A stretch of DNA of 64,000 nt, from positions 9,969 through 73,968 of IMG/VR virus record IMGVR_UViG_3300030117_004232, one strand, 5' to 3'. Origin of the DNA: a virus. A program made the translations under genes and the position numbers. Within the stretch, counting starts at the first letter, position 1. Every line of letters starts with the position of its first letter. Under the pieces are notes generated by a model. It was not told the origin of the DNA. It searched no databases and saw nothing but the letters and a program-made list of their open reading frames with translations. Positions 21,001 through 31,270 of this stretch are shown one piece after another.

Positions 21001-24000
21001 CGGTCGTGTATCTATCGATTCATCAGACCCAGAAAACAAAGGGTTCAGTATTGTTATTCACAGTACTGTCCCCGGTGCATCCGGTCGAAACTTCTGTACT
21101 TGGCTTGATAACTCCAAGGCTCAGAGCCCATATCGTCCAGAATACATGATTGGGCACGGCGGGCGCTTCCGTAATTACTGGTGCCAACCAGATGAGGTAA
21201 CTGGGGAAAACATGCACCCAGCACCCATGCCAATCAACAGGCATGGTCGCCCATTTGCTCCAATTACAACTCTCAAGGAGTTCTTGCCACCTGAAGAGTT
21301 GAATGACCAAATGATGAACAATTTAGACCTCGGGCCAGAAACACAGGCAACTGCATTGTTTGCATCTACCAACGAAGAGTCCAGCACAGGGCGTAATTAC
21401 AATTCTGTTGCAAACGAATCCTTTGAGACAAAGAGTCCGGCTGGTACTCTGATTGACGGACTACGCGTTGGTACGAAGGCCAAGGCTCGCATCAACTTTG
21501 GCGGCATGACCATGGCCGGTATTCCCGGCTGGGCACCAGATGCTGGTAAGTGGGGCTTTGGTAGAGATGGAGAGAATCCAAGATTCGATGCAATTTATGG
21601 TGTAGGTGTCAATAATGCTACAATCAAGGCTACTTCTTTGAATTTAGACAATAGTGCTGACAGATATATTCCATTAGATGATATGCAGAGTCAAAACATT
21701 GGGGATGGAAATTTATACGGTATTCGCTTTGTTGACCATCGTGGTGATTCCCACACCATCCGTATGGTGTATCGTCAGTATGGAGAAAGATTCGCTAATG
21801 ATTTAACTACTCTACCGCCATCAATCGATGATGAACTTATCATTCATTTCGATGACAGAGATGTAGCACAAGGTGGGTTCACCATTGGGCAACACATGGC
21901 TGGAACAGGTGAGGTTACGGGCAACATGACCAATGGTACGGCCTCTTCTTGGAAAGGTAACTTGTGGAACAATTACCCAGCGCGTAATGTCGGGATTAGA
22001 GTTTCAACATCGATAACTGGAAGCGGTAGTGCAAGACAACTCACTCTAACACTGCAAGACCCGTATCAGAGTGGCGGAAATTTCAGCCATCCAGATGTGC
22101 TTGGTTATTTGGGCTTCCCAAAGAAAGACGGCATGATTCAACTGTCAGATGATGGCGGGCATCTTGGTCTGACTTTCTCCTATAGTAGTCGGACAACTGG
22201 GGGTGTCGGTAGCACTGTTCGATTCTATGGCGTTGTAGGTGGGTTTGCTGGATATGACGAAACTGATGCTAACGAAGATTGGATTCTCAGTCCACGCATC
22301 AATTTCACAAGTGTACTGACCGATGAAGTGATTGCTGCTGCTGTAGAGTATGCGATGAAGTTAGACAACGTCAACAGTGATGACTTGAATGTTACTAGTT
22401 TCGATTGCACCTCTATGTTTGCACCTGATGGTCGCACATTGAAAGAGTGGGGTGTAAGCCCAACTGCTATTCGTATCAGAACCAAGTCAGATGCATCTAT
22501 TCCCCTTAACAAATTGTTTGAGGTTAGCAGAGAGAAAGACTGGGGCTTGGTTGAAGGTGCCAGTAGCGACACTGCTGTTGGTAGTCATCACACAGGCGGT
22601 CTGTCAAACTCTGAGCGCGATGCCGGAACTCGACTGGATGTAGGTTACATCCCTGAAACTGTATTGCACATTACAACGAAGTATAGAGGGTCCAATGCTA
22701 ATACTGCAACTCCTGTACTTGTAGACAATCAGAACAATGTGGTCGATACAGGACTTTGGCGAAGAAATCTTCGTGGTGAAAATTACACAGATGTCGCTGG
22801 GGACCACATTATTCCGCGAGTAGACAGCCCGATGGTTAAGATTGACTCTGATACATCGACTACTCTCGTATTGGCAAGCAATGAGTATGTATTCTTAGCA
22901 GGTGCACCTTCGACGACGGCTGGTACAGGTCGATGGGGTGAGCGATTTACACTTTGGTTCGGGTCTGAGGAGTATGGTACTGTCGCAGGTACAGATGAGG
23001 ATACGCTCACCTTTGCAGCAAATGATGGTACTTCATCGGGCTTTACCAATGGAAACATTGACCAAAATGACATCTTGATTAAGAATGGCGGCCCTGTTCA
23101 CAAAGCCAAGCAAATAGATGGTATTCGTAGAGCCGGTAGTAAACTGTCAAGTCCATTTCTTTACTTCCGTGGTGGAAGAGATAGTGCTGACCACTGGGTT
23201 CCATTGTTCTTCGGAGGTGGTTTCTCTGGTGTTGTTATGGACATCAATGATGGCACGGAAAATGATTACTCGGACTTCTATACCCATCCTTACGCTGCTG
23301 GACCCACTGGTGCATGTGGATTGCAAAATGCAGGCGAAATGTCAACCGCGTTTTCTCTACTAGACACGAATGCAATGCTGGCCATGTTCCCCGGAACACC
23401 ATACCTTGACCAGCACAAAGGTCAGAATAATCCACCTTTCTTCAACCAAGATGCCATCTTACCGTTTGATATGACCAAGGGTGGTAATGCTAAGGTAACT
23501 GGGGTAGATTATACAGATGGGACCAACACTGTAACTGTAACTGTACCCAGCCCAATTGTCATCAAATTTGCTAGTGCAAATGCTAGATACTCCGCAGCAC
23601 CAAGCGCAGAACATACAACTTACATGATTTTCGGCCCCGGCCAATCATTCCCTCACAACTACATGTCTCAAGAGCCACAAGGTTCTGCGATGGTGACCGC
23701 AGGCAACGGGTATAGTGCTGTACCTATTGCTCGCACAGCAGGTGGACTTGCGTTTTTACCAAATGAGTTGGCTAATGGTTCACCAACTCATGCAGGTTTC
23801 AATACAGGTGGTGCAGAAGCGCACCTACCTATGAGTACTTTCTATCAGAAAAATAACGTGAGTGGCTTCAATTATGTCATGAATTGGGAACCAGCGAAAG
23901 GCTTTCCAAATCATCGTTCTTTGAGTGGTGCTAGTTCCGTAGGATATTCCAATGTGTTTAGTGACTCTCGATTCTTTACAGGCAAGGCGCCCGGTACGTC

Positions 24001-27000
24001 TAACTTACCAGTTCATGCACATCCGATGAATCAACCAATCAGTCTTTACAATTCAGGTACACCAAGAGAAGTCGGGACATCAAATTGGTCGACTACACGG
24101 TTTTCTTCAGTGATTTGGCACATGGATGGAGGCTATCACCCCGGTGGACATTTCTTTGATAATGCGGTGCGCAAAAATCCAATGAATGTTGTGGCAAACG
24201 CTGTTTTGTCTGGAAATACAACTAACCAGCATAACCCTGCCGCATTTAGGGTAGCAGGACTGTTGGCAACGGCTTACAACGCGGCATTCACCTCACCTCA
24301 CGAAGAACAACTGTGTGATGATAACATTGTTTTGGTCGATGCCACTAGAGTGCAGAATGCAGAAGAACTAGGTACAATCCTATCAGCAGCAATCAATACA
24401 TTCCCCGGTTCTTATGGACTCAAAGCGATTGGTGGTACATTTATGCCATCGTTCCAAACCGGCACAAATCAAGACCGATATGGTTGGCACAAACTGATTA
24501 TCGACCACAGTAGTGGATATGTTCCTCACAACTCTACCACACCTGCATCTATTACAGTGAAAACTACGATTCCTTCGACTTTACCACAGTATGGTTGGAT
24601 TCGGATGTCAAGTGGAACTAAGGCTGCCGTGGCTGCCTATTCGTCATATACGGGTAAGACATTCACTCTGGCTGTAAATTCAGTTATGTCTTCTTCTTCA
24701 GGTAATGAGACAAATGCCTACGAGCCAAATACTGCCGCAGCAATTACAGATACTGATTTCAATGTGGAAGATGGAGAAGTGTATGTATGGACAAAGGCAG
24801 GTACACGAAGACACAACAACGTGTCTGGTACTACTTCGCGCGACCACTTATGTCAAGTTCACTTCAATGGACTGATTGATGCTGTAGATAGAACAAAGCC
24901 CATAGGCGCAGTTGGTTGGCACGGCGAAGCATATTCTTACTTCAATTCTTACCTAGTTGATTCAGCCTATCCTGCCGGACTTGGTGCTTGGCATCCCTTC
25001 CTCGGATTCAGTCCTTATGGTGCTGCTGAAACATGCTTGGGTAGTTCAACACCAGTAGGGGTTGCAGACACTCCAACAGCACTTGCCTCAGAGTTTTGTG
25101 TAAATGGCCTATCTTCTCGACACTTGGTAGCGGTTAGTCGAGAATGTGCTTTGTCCTTGGTAGCATTTTCTGACAGAGATGGTATATTTATGCGAGGAGA
25201 CAGATTATCAGCAAAATTGGGGTCTGACATTTCCTACGCCGGTACGGTAATGAATTTGAGTGGGTTTAGCAATTCAAGATTTGAAGCGCCCGCGACAGGT
25301 GGACCTCATATTGAAGCACATTTCCACACTGGATTTGCTCGACCTACACTAGCAGCAGATTATCCTGCTACTAGTGCTGTTCCAACTGACGCACAACTTC
25401 ACCGCGCCATGCAATCAGGTGATATGGTACACGGAACCACTTGCCAATATCCAACAGGAGACTTGTTTTGGGATGAAAGCGTCGTCAAGTCAAACAACTT
25501 CCATGAAGATTTTTCAGATTACGGCGTCGAGTGTATGGGGGCCACAGCCCACACAGATTACTTGAATACCGCAGTGACTGCTGCTCAGCCTCACCCCGGT
25601 TTATACGGTTACTACTCAAAGCGCTCTGCTGCACGTAATTTCCTACCAGAACATATTGTATGGAAGCGTATGGATGGTGGAAATCTAACGATGCCTGCTC
25701 TTAATGCTCGTGGTTTAGGACAAATGCCACTTTTCTACGCAAAGGATAGTGGGGCATGGAAGTTAAATGGAGAAAAAATTCTTGGCAACGTAAGGTTTTC
25801 ATTTGAGACAACAAATGCTTCTATGTTCCCGATTATACAAGCACAAGAACTAGCACATCCGCAGTTAGCAGAGCAGTACCCAAGAGAAATTCAACAGGCT
25901 TTACTAATTCCAAATGAACAAGAGCAATTCAAGAGTGTACAAGTCATTGATGATACAGGTCAAGAACATCGCCTTGAAGGTGGTTCTCCACTCGGTACAG
26001 TCATACTTGATTTCCGCCATGTTAGTGATAGAGAAATAGAAGGATTGGCGCCTGCTTTGGCTGGAAGCGGCGTATCTCCCAATATGAAGATTGGATTACC
26101 AAACCCAGATGAAATACCGGGCAATGTCATTGTCCGTTCTGGGTTTGACCGAATCCAAGGCTATCAGAATGAAACAATGGGGTCTGGTGGGCTTCAGCAT
26201 CCTTCACAGCCAAACCAACAAATTATTGATTTGTTCAAAAACACGAATGCAGGCCCCCGGTTGTGGCCTTTTTGGGAAAATAACGGATGGGAACACATTA
26301 GTCAAGATAGTGTAGATGTTTCCCAACTCAAGAATATACACCGATTGGATTATCCAGCATCTACAAGTAACGGGTGGGAGGATTCCACTGGAAATGCACC
26401 TTTGCAAACTGCCTATGAGCCCCATGACCGAAGTTTGTATTTCCATGTAACAAGAATGGGCATATCCTCTACCCATCGATATTCTAATGACGAGTTGACT
26501 TTCAGTAGTTACAGTGGTACAACAATTACGGTGGGTTCAGCCCCGGAAGCCACGACTTGGAAAATCGAAAGTGAAAAAAGTGGTGGGCGATGGTTCCTAC
26601 GAGTCTATGACCCTACGACCAACAAAGGTGTAATTGCCAGTTACACAAATACGTCTAGTAGTACCTTTACTGGTGTGGTTTATTCTCCTGATTTTGCTGA
26701 GTTTGTCGAAGGTAAGACTGGTTTGAAAGTCGTGCCTTCTTATTACATGCCTGCTGGTACTACTCGATTCTTTGCATCTCGTCGTTTGCGAGACCACTGC
26801 GAGGTTAGCGGCGCCAGTCCAGATGCAGCGCAAATTGATTGGTTTGCTTTCCATAGTACTTTGCCTGCGGACACAGCCGCTACAGAAAATGTCAGTGACA
26901 ATCCGTGGTATACTCACTTTACAGAGAGGGGATTAACTCCTATGCCTATCCCGCGTATGGGCCATCATTACGTAACGCCTACAATGGCTATTTTGCCCGG

Positions 27001-30000
27001 TCACTACGCGCATCCTGCATACCAACGAGTGTACGATTTGCACCATGCATGTAGAAGTTCCAATCACAAGCCTATGGTTGATGAATTATTGGGCCTAAAG
27101 GCTGCAACAAGGGCTGCCAATGAAACAAGCGGCGTGCTGGTCAATCATCCTAGTGCTGGGACTTACGCTGTGGGAACAACTGCTATTGCAGTGGATACAG
27201 TAGATGCTACGACTAAATTCTCAATTGGTGACCGAGTCTATGACAGTGTAGGGACTGAACTAGGATTTGTAGAAGCAGTCGGGGCTAACCTCGTTACCTT
27301 GGCCTCTCCGGGTATACCTGTCACCATTGCCAACAACGCTGCTCTGTTTATGAGTACGGCGACAACACTTACCCGAGGTATTGGATGGAATCCAGCAGCG
27401 TGGTTCTCAACACCTACAGCCACCTATGGTCCGTCAGATATTCATGGCGGTGCGTTTACTCTGATGACTGAAACCAAGGTCAAGTATGATGGATATGGAA
27501 TCGCAGCGTCTGCGGGAACTCCCGGTAATACAAATGCAGCCGGTGGGCACAGTCTTGTTTTGGAAGCAGGCTCGACATATACCCTCAATCATCATTTCCC
27601 TGACCCATTGGAAGTGGGCGCGTATCAAATTATCATTCAGCCCAATGTATTCGCACAGCAATTTAGTGGATTTCATGTAAATCATGCAACCGAAAATAAA
27701 GCCCCGTCTGAAAGTGGAACTAAAGTTACAGAATTGACTGGTCAGCAAGTAAACACGGTGATTGCAGTTGAGCAAGATACAGCCACAAATGGTGCTTACA
27801 CGCTGATTTTAGCAGAAGCGATGATGGCAGATGTGCGTGGCTGTGAGGTCATTGTAAACGAAGTAATGTTGGATATTGACCCTGATGTCGGTAGTCAGTT
27901 TACGTGCTTACCGCCCATGGCTCTGTATAATCCTCTAGGTGTTCAAGAAACAGCATCTGCACCATTTACACGACGGAGTTTACCTTACCGACCGGGTATG
28001 TTCATTAGTTCTACGCCGGGTAGAACTTTGACGATTCCTTGGTGGGGTATGCTGCACAAAGACGGATTGACAGAGGGGCTTATCCAAGGGGATGGACTGA
28101 GTGTGACCGCAGGTGGTAGTGGTTACACAGGTGCCACCAACGTAGCAGTGGGCGGAGGAAGTGGCACTGGTCTTACAGTCAATACCACTGTGAGCACAGG
28201 TGCAGTTACCGCAGTTGCTATCCATACGGCTGGAACAGGCTATCGACTTGGAGATACACTTACCATTAGCGGAGGTGGGAGTGATGCTACACTTAGTGTA
28301 GATAGAATCAGTTCAACGGGGTGGAGGCACCTAGAATGGCACAAGCCAGACAATTACTACGAATTCTGTCGAGCATCTTATGGGTGCGTCGGTGCACAAT
28401 TGACCTTGGCTGGCTACCCCACCTCTTACATGGACATCTATGCCAAGTATCGGAACAACCGCTCAGCCAACCCAACTTGTGTTGTACTTTCATTGAGTTC
28501 TGGCGGCAAGACGATTACGGTGGACAACAATGACTTATTCCCTTCCAGACCACACTATGGAGAGCAGTTAGAATACACCAAGAATGGTATTCGCTTTACT
28601 GCAACTTACAACAATCGCACAGGTACGCTTGATTATGCTACACTGGGTGTATCGACTATTTTCCAAGGGGTTGAAGGAAGTGCTGATTTCTGGGCAAACT
28701 TGGCCGCTAATCAGGTACTCAAACTTACGCGCCCATACGATACACACCCCTCTGACAGTATCTATCTGGAATCCGATAGTAGCATTGTTACCAGACTTAT
28801 GGAGAAGCCTTTAGAGATACACAAAGGGAGTCGTGATACGAACAGTTTGCATCTACCTGATGCATATTTGTGTATGTGGCATCCCAACCTTGGTCGCCCA
28901 TTCACATGGTATAGTGATACTGCTACTGGTGGTAGTCGCAACTTCTACACAGCGGCTGGTGCAGCAGACACTCCGGTTGACCAAAAGCCATACAATCACA
29001 TTCCTGAGCACTTTGAAACCATCCACTATCACGATTTCAATTATGCAGCGTCGAAGGGGCCATTTGGATTGGCTATGCGATGGATTGTACCACCTGCTGC
29101 TGGCACAGCGCCAACCAACTCAAATGATGGCATGACATATACTGCGGCTTTGATTGATGCGGATGCAAACCTTGAGCATCAAGGTGGCACGTCTGGTTCG
29201 GACAAGTACAACTTTGCTGGCTTTTGGCCTAGTGGTAGTCGTGGTGGGCCCGGTGTCAGTCGGCTGGAAATGTACGCAGAAGCCTTGGCAGGCTGGGGTG
29301 GCGAAAGTTATGGCATGACTGTTACGACTTACACAGATAGCACAGGCATTGCATCTGCATCAAAGCCAAACAACTTGAACGATGGATTCGGCTATCGGTT
29401 TGGTGTAGGCCAAGCCCGAAACCGACCGCGTTGGGCACCTTATATTCGCGGTTGGTTGGAAGTTGCAAATAGCAATGCTCTACTGGGTTACTATCACGGT
29501 CCACTTATCCAACAAGATAACAAGACAAACGGATGGGATTATGTTGGTGCAGACGGATTGGCTGATGTGAGCCTAACCGCACTCTACGTGGGTATTTTGG
29601 AAAGAATCACACAAGTAAGTTCACTGATGAATCAAGACCAGTATGGTCGAAAGGTGCGCTATAGTGATGGTAGGCGGCATACTGCCCCATTCGGCTGTCC
29701 TGTCCGCACATTGCGCAATGCCTCAACTGTACGTCGGTTGTATCCGGGCGATGATACAGGAAAGGGTGTGACAGAACTCGCCAATGCACATCGTTACTAC
29801 ATTGTTGACTGGTGGGGCAATACCCGTGGTGAAGATGTCAGACGTTTCCCTGTACGTGGATTCGGTATTCGGCCATCTTGGGACCCCGAAGATGCTTATG
29901 CAGACACCAACGTCACTCATCGACCCAAGGATGGTAGTGCGGCGGGCTCAGGGCTTCTGTTCAATGGTGATTATTCAGACAAGTATAGCGGTAACAACAA

Positions 30001-31270
30001 TTACGTCAGTAACACCGCATCTGGTAATATCAATGGTGGTGTTGATTGGTTTAACCCAGCCAGTTCACTGCGTGTGGGTGACCGTGGTGATGGACGTGGT
30101 TGCCGATGGCCGACTGTGTTTAACGAAAGTCTACTTATGGCCGTCAGTGAAACCCACGATGCCTCTGGACTTGTGTTGTCTCACAGCACAGCAGAGCCTG
30201 CCTTTGGACAAGGACTCATCCGACCCAGTAACTTGGTTTTGCAAGATGGAGAAGTTGAAAGAGGTATCAGTGACCGAGTCGATTTGAATTCCGATGATGG
30301 ATTGCTGCGACCAAGTGCATCCGTAGGCGAAGGCTTTGAGACAGTGACTGCGGATACTCGTGGTGCTGAGCCGGTTTCCAGAGATGACTTCAGATTAGGA
30401 TTAGATGTAGATACGTTGGCTGAACTGAATGATGGGACTTCAAGAGAGTACGTGGTTATGTCCACAGAGGCTGCGAGTTTACACACAGACCGTGAAGTCG
30501 GTCAACGGACCAATATCAGAGGAGCATACAATGTCGCATCTCGCACTCTTACCGATTTGGATATGACTGCGCTTACCTTTGCAGCACAGCCTGTGGCTGG
30601 AATCATAAAGCACTCTAATGCACACGCTATGTGGTCATTGGGCGGAACATACGTCATAGATTGGAGCGTATATTCTGGCGTACTCAACGACAAGGGTTGG
30701 GGTAAGGCCGGTGCTTCTTCGTCATCCAATCCATATCAGGATTCAAACCACGACCCTACTGTTCAGGCTACGAACACAACTGATTCGACAATACAATTCT
30801 TGTATCGCCCACAACAAGTGTTAGATTACAAGCATTCGCAGATGTTTAGACCCTACATCACACTCAACGGTCCACAGGCTGGGGCCAATTTTTACAAGGC
30901 GACAGCAGGAGGGAAATACGGCTTGTTTACCAGTGATGTACCCAGTGCTCGTACAGGGACGCCCAGTTCGCCTCCATACGCGCCCGTGTACACCATGGTG
31001 CCAACCTCTAGTACCACCGTGCCCGATAGCATGGGACCAAAGATTCAGGGTGTGGATGTTACGGGATACAACAAGGCCGACATCCGCAGCCCTGTAGCAC
31101 GCATGCTAATGAGTGAGAACACACTAGAACATTTCAGGTCTGACGCGAGCAGAACAGATGGTACTGGTGAAGGTGATTACACTGTTCAGCCAAGGCACAG
31201 TCAAACTTTGCACCCGAAGGGTAGCGATGGCGATGCATCTTATAACACAGGAGACCATAGCGGGGAGTGA
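15011..31270 (+). CDS. Giant (5,419 aa) virion/tail protein with N-terminal LamG-like domain and repeated beta modules
   Basis: Uninterrupted 16.2-kb ORF; FTLETWF, FRGTIEAVHL and GLWRFEE LamG-like motifs; Thr/Gly/Ser-rich. Likely start is ATG 15020. Confidence 0.8.
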   Translation: MFDMTIMIDPGYALKFNGITDGVLIPASQHTLHGTDTQDDKQLPSALSSFTLETWFIPDSGGSVFEYENIMRLTVGTPSSPAPAQFEINLKNIAAGTIESHVLTSAKPVYGIDGSFTHWDGTLFPHPALEEHNSFLATDAGSNDLTALNEGHRELLNVTVVFNRKYIVMYVNGDIVAAKEFDEDHEVVLTPSRMFLGGRGGEFRGTIEAVHLSRGSKDSGKADFAPIKSDDTIGLWRFEEPIEPISLITTTPSISASTGASSSINIGATAAQALIDELSGQSGLTAINFTTTSPWTDMGQYSVKVHTATSFATRTIPKVPYNILVNPLGYTSTTGKATNKAPERLRLMAIDASAGTITVESIHLDFASNSTDGRRGALQAHDAGRFVVITGDCIVDGGNGNEYQPQGSGTQFSHRQGQVVIDESRFENHGLMFSMTMANRDVPENKFSAYTTNPGSGFLMGHSGRHTLNHVKSHPFMGILPVPSDYIVDKKIDATADVISATFESQYSDIKDTVPPNSIVSAFSTHGPVNIKPTIHTSFVTRVCENGMSDISDSSRGLLAVGGPGFNPIPFALKALNSPDALNPTGSVAEHLIPSSESRIAILNVPSLSTYNYAPFVQIHYNAIDHTGAAFTTCAASRITGTSNATTVTVQSIKSFGKDGETFPANELYIGTTPASTAQKATNTVTLHHGTKQLRFSASTDSAFQSADVADAVVRRLIGGPSLMVTKTVPDVSTIVTGSTSILDLIHTDLGTNPLAVYAPGGIIEFDIPDNFPFNDGDLEGDSSEGVVAEEVLDFSLTPAAYLPLHSSDSPQTTPRLISTAKTELTGQNSVFNRIIVKQNFNPLGLSENGDLLTANTSTGRSRSTGVFINNGGGYSSSTTGAMTVDGNNATHHIKTGDILYKLDGTVVGTVTGVTSTSVTASAGTSSAVVDNEELFTSPPSPTRGNTNQSTAVHEIFDIIEHTSHNGKARLIVQPSDRTRFSQGSRLEDVAFGGNSATIEHLLSRGRVLSFGEDNYGNSTLRAHGLISDISAASVNVKGDAAPDSHIVKEIMPGAPVVAVTLGGPGQGAINTKETWQPSPTARLAWNTRRDCTTLITAYNTSTITVKALNNRADDLASWGTYCFPKIGRVYIGLKDDVTGRMRYASAEYASKNATTFTFDTGAAAGRGTGLFLDFDGNEEARFTDWYATIIAEADTSSTGLVGLMLSIDDKFSEESMCSDGTTINDRLFQTLDTVSHDYQLGSQYASTRALVEIPLFEEFFFENHDKGVFPGPDNSMKIHIDCTHTAHTWAPNPVGRRFEAVSPKDPEVFAAFSYTIGNQTHQPGTKVSQPYDVSNHRVHVEDSDIFPIASAAPIAVAGINGSARYRRAFLSSGEWCIYVAKDQSSTVSLELAGSAGDTWSMSKNFLRDLTVGALLTPAPGYQDMNYRSIADNPELISAGYEGRRSFYYDRSNAMTQGGNVDYGLRQYVSAVEFRAGPKTNPHLDRIQNKRARSKVVATTSGGGGVVATITVEDASLFPTDTPNALYGYRLAWRDTGGTIRYGTYTTRKPNANLMTVTSTETTHPAVGDEVYIESLYALSASTWPRTIDGFLSRAWAYPYAPGGLRDGDTVWMNMHYTNPHAMEGLFCKSRGTLDEGKVWTGFNGGMGALHATNPRDSIPLENFLIGNTCVETAQNFVQHVNKSVELHHTAMGVASPADKSPMVAYIDPYQSTDEFTRVLLYDVAHDREFIAFQDLWMQVQSSADATKIGAAPSHTGGVILNTDANSGSWLDVPAGFASQSPYLNSTTQSDFIETAYCHASTWNASNTSAGGVKGLGIHRPQIQTSSFGVYAPRTNPAVVDSASAATKHDEVVKDQREQSTFFDTPDGTRCIPAFLALKGIRATTLDLTNHKENHSSHGRGLNSHPHWTQMDFTRRLTIDFGEVSLRDGVTDIESAAREVVRMINQAGAKNGRTHARLHSDFSATASTHDPAPFWAPEQAFASLDRGTHMGYVRAHLGRVSIDSSDPENKGFSIVIHSTVPGASGRNFCTWLDNSKAQSPYRPEYMIGHGGRFRNYWCQPDEVTGENMHPAPMPINRHGRPFAPITTLKEFLPPEELNDQMMNNLDLGPETQATALFASTNEESSTGRNYNSVANESFETKSPAGTLIDGLRVGTKAKARINFGGMTMAGIPGWAPDAGKWGFGRDGENPRFDAIYGVGVNNATIKATSLNLDNSADRYIPLDDMQSQNIGDGNLYGIRFVDHRGDSHTIRMVYRQYGERFANDLTTLPPSIDDELIIHFDDRDVAQGGFTIGQHMAGTGEVTGNMTNGTASSWKGNLWNNYPARNVGIRVSTSITGSGSARQLTLTLQDPYQSGGNFSHPDVLGYLGFPKKDGMIQLSDDGGHLGLTFSYSSRTTGGVGSTVRFYGVVGGFAGYDETDANEDWILSPRINFTSVLTDEVIAAAVEYAMKLDNVNSDDLNVTSFDCTSMFAPDGRTLKEWGVSPTAIRIRTKSDASIPLNKLFEVSREKDWGLVEGASSDTAVGSHHTGGLSNSERDAGTRLDVGYIPETVLHITTKYRGSNANTATPVLVDNQNNVVDTGLWRRNLRGENYTDVAGDHIIPRVDSPMVKIDSDTSTTLVLASNEYVFLAGAPSTTAGTGRWGERFTLWFGSEEYGTVAGTDEDTLTFAANDGTSSGFTNGNIDQNDILIKNGGPVHKAKQIDGIRRAGSKLSSPFLYFRGGRDSADHWVPLFFGGGFSGVVMDINDGTENDYSDFYTHPYAAGPTGACGLQNAGEMSTAFSLLDTNAMLAMFPGTPYLDQHKGQNNPPFFNQDAILPFDMTKGGNAKVTGVDYTDGTNTVTVTVPSPIVIKFASANARYSAAPSAEHTTYMIFGPGQSFPHNYMSQEPQGSAMVTAGNGYSAVPIARTAGGLAFLPNELANGSPTHAGFNTGGAEAHLPMSTFYQKNNVSGFNYVMNWEPAKGFPNHRSLSGASSVGYSNVFSDSRFFTGKAPGTSNLPVHAHPMNQPISLYNSGTPREVGTSNWSTTRFSSVIWHMDGGYHPGGHFFDNAVRKNPMNVVANAVLSGNTTNQHNPAAFRVAGLLATAYNAAFTSPHEEQLCDDNIVLVDATRVQNAEELGTILSAAINTFPGSYGLKAIGGTFMPSFQTGTNQDRYGWHKLIIDHSSGYVPHNSTTPASITVKTTIPSTLPQYGWIRMSSGTKAAVAAYSSYTGKTFTLAVNSVMSSSSGNETNAYEPNTAAAITDTDFNVEDGEVYVWTKAGTRRHNNVSGTTSRDHLCQVHFNGLIDAVDRTKPIGAVGWHGEAYSYFNSYLVDSAYPAGLGAWHPFLGFSPYGAAETCLGSSTPVGVADTPTALASEFCVNGLSSRHLVAVSRECALSLVAFSDRDGIFMRGDRLSAKLGSDISYAGTVMNLSGFSNSRFEAPATGGPHIEAHFHTGFARPTLAADYPATSAVPTDAQLHRAMQSGDMVHGTTCQYPTGDLFWDESVVKSNNFHEDFSDYGVECMGATAHTDYLNTAVTAAQPHPGLYGYYSKRSAARNFLPEHIVWKRMDGGNLTMPALNARGLGQMPLFYAKDSGAWKLNGEKILGNVRFSFETTNASMFPIIQAQELAHPQLAEQYPREIQQALLIPNEQEQFKSVQVIDDTGQEHRLEGGSPLGTVILDFRHVSDREIEGLAPALAGSGVSPNMKIGLPNPDEIPGNVIVRSGFDRIQGYQNETMGSGGLQHPSQPNQQIIDLFKNTNAGPRLWPFWENNGWEHISQDSVDVSQLKNIHRLDYPASTSNGWEDSTGNAPLQTAYEPHDRSLYFHVTRMGISSTHRYSNDELTFSSYSGTTITVGSAPEATTWKIESEKSGGRWFLRVYDPTTNKGVIASYTNTSSSTFTGVVYSPDFAEFVEGKTGLKVVPSYYMPAGTTRFFASRRLRDHCEVSGASPDAAQIDWFAFHSTLPADTAATENVSDNPWYTHFTERGLTPMPIPRMGHHYVTPTMAILPGHYAHPAYQRVYDLHHACRSSNHKPMVDELLGLKAATRAANETSGVLVNHPSAGTYAVGTTAIAVDTVDATTKFSIGDRVYDSVGTELGFVEAVGANLVTLASPGIPVTIANNAALFMSTATTLTRGIGWNPAAWFSTPTATYGPSDIHGGAFTLMTETKVKYDGYGIAASAGTPGNTNAAGGHSLVLEAGSTYTLNHHFPDPLEVGAYQIIIQPNVFAQQFSGFHVNHATENKAPSESGTKVTELTGQQVNTVIAVEQDTATNGAYTLILAEAMMADVRGCEVIVNEVMLDIDPDVGSQFTCLPPMALYNPLGVQETASAPFTRRSLPYRPGMFISSTPGRTLTIPWWGMLHKDGLTEGLIQGDGLSVTAGGSGYTGATNVAVGGGSGTGLTVNTTVSTGAVTAVAIHTAGTGYRLGDTLTISGGGSDATLSVDRISSTGWRHLEWHKPDNYYEFCRASYGCVGAQLTLAGYPTSYMDIYAKYRNNRSANPTCVVLSLSSGGKTITVDNNDLFPSRPHYGEQLEYTKNGIRFTATYNNRTGTLDYATLGVSTIFQGVEGSADFWANLAANQVLKLTRPYDTHPSDSIYLESDSSIVTRLMEKPLEIHKGSRDTNSLHLPDAYLCMWHPNLGRPFTWYSDTATGGSRNFYTAAGAADTPVDQKPYNHIPEHFETIHYHDFNYAASKGPFGLAMRWIVPPAAGTAPTNSNDGMTYTAALIDADANLEHQGGTSGSDKYNFAGFWPSGSRGGPGVSRLEMYAEALAGWGGESYGMTVTTYTDSTGIASASKPNNLNDGFGYRFGVGQARNRPRWAPYIRGWLEVANSNALLGYYHGPLIQQDNKTNGWDYVGADGLADVSLTALYVGILERITQVSSLMNQDQYGRKVRYSDGRRHTAPFGCPVRTLRNASTVRRLYPGDDTGKGVTELANAHRYYIVDWWGNTRGEDVRRFPVRGFGIRPSWDPEDAYADTNVTHRPKDGSAAGSGLLFNGDYSDKYSGNNNYVSNTASGNINGGVDWFNPASSLRVGDRGDGRGCRWPTVFNESLLMAVSETHDASGLVLSHSTAEPAFGQGLIRPSNLVLQDGEVERGISDRVDLNSDDGLLRPSASVGEGFETVTADTRGAEPVSRDDFRLGLDVDTLAELNDGTSREYVVMSTEAASLHTDREVGQRTNIRGAYNVASRTLTDLDMTALTFAAQPVAGIIKHSNAHAMWSLGGTYVIDWSVYSGVLNDKGWGKAGASSSSNPYQDSNHDPTVQATNTTDSTIQFLYRPQQVLDYKHSQMFRPYITLNGPQAGANFYKATAGGKYGLFTSDVPSARTGTPSSPPYAPVYTMVPTSSTTVPDSMGPKIQGVDVTGYNKADIRSPVARMLMSENTLEHFRSDASRTDGTGEGDYTVQPRHSQTLHPKGSDGDASYNTGDHSGE

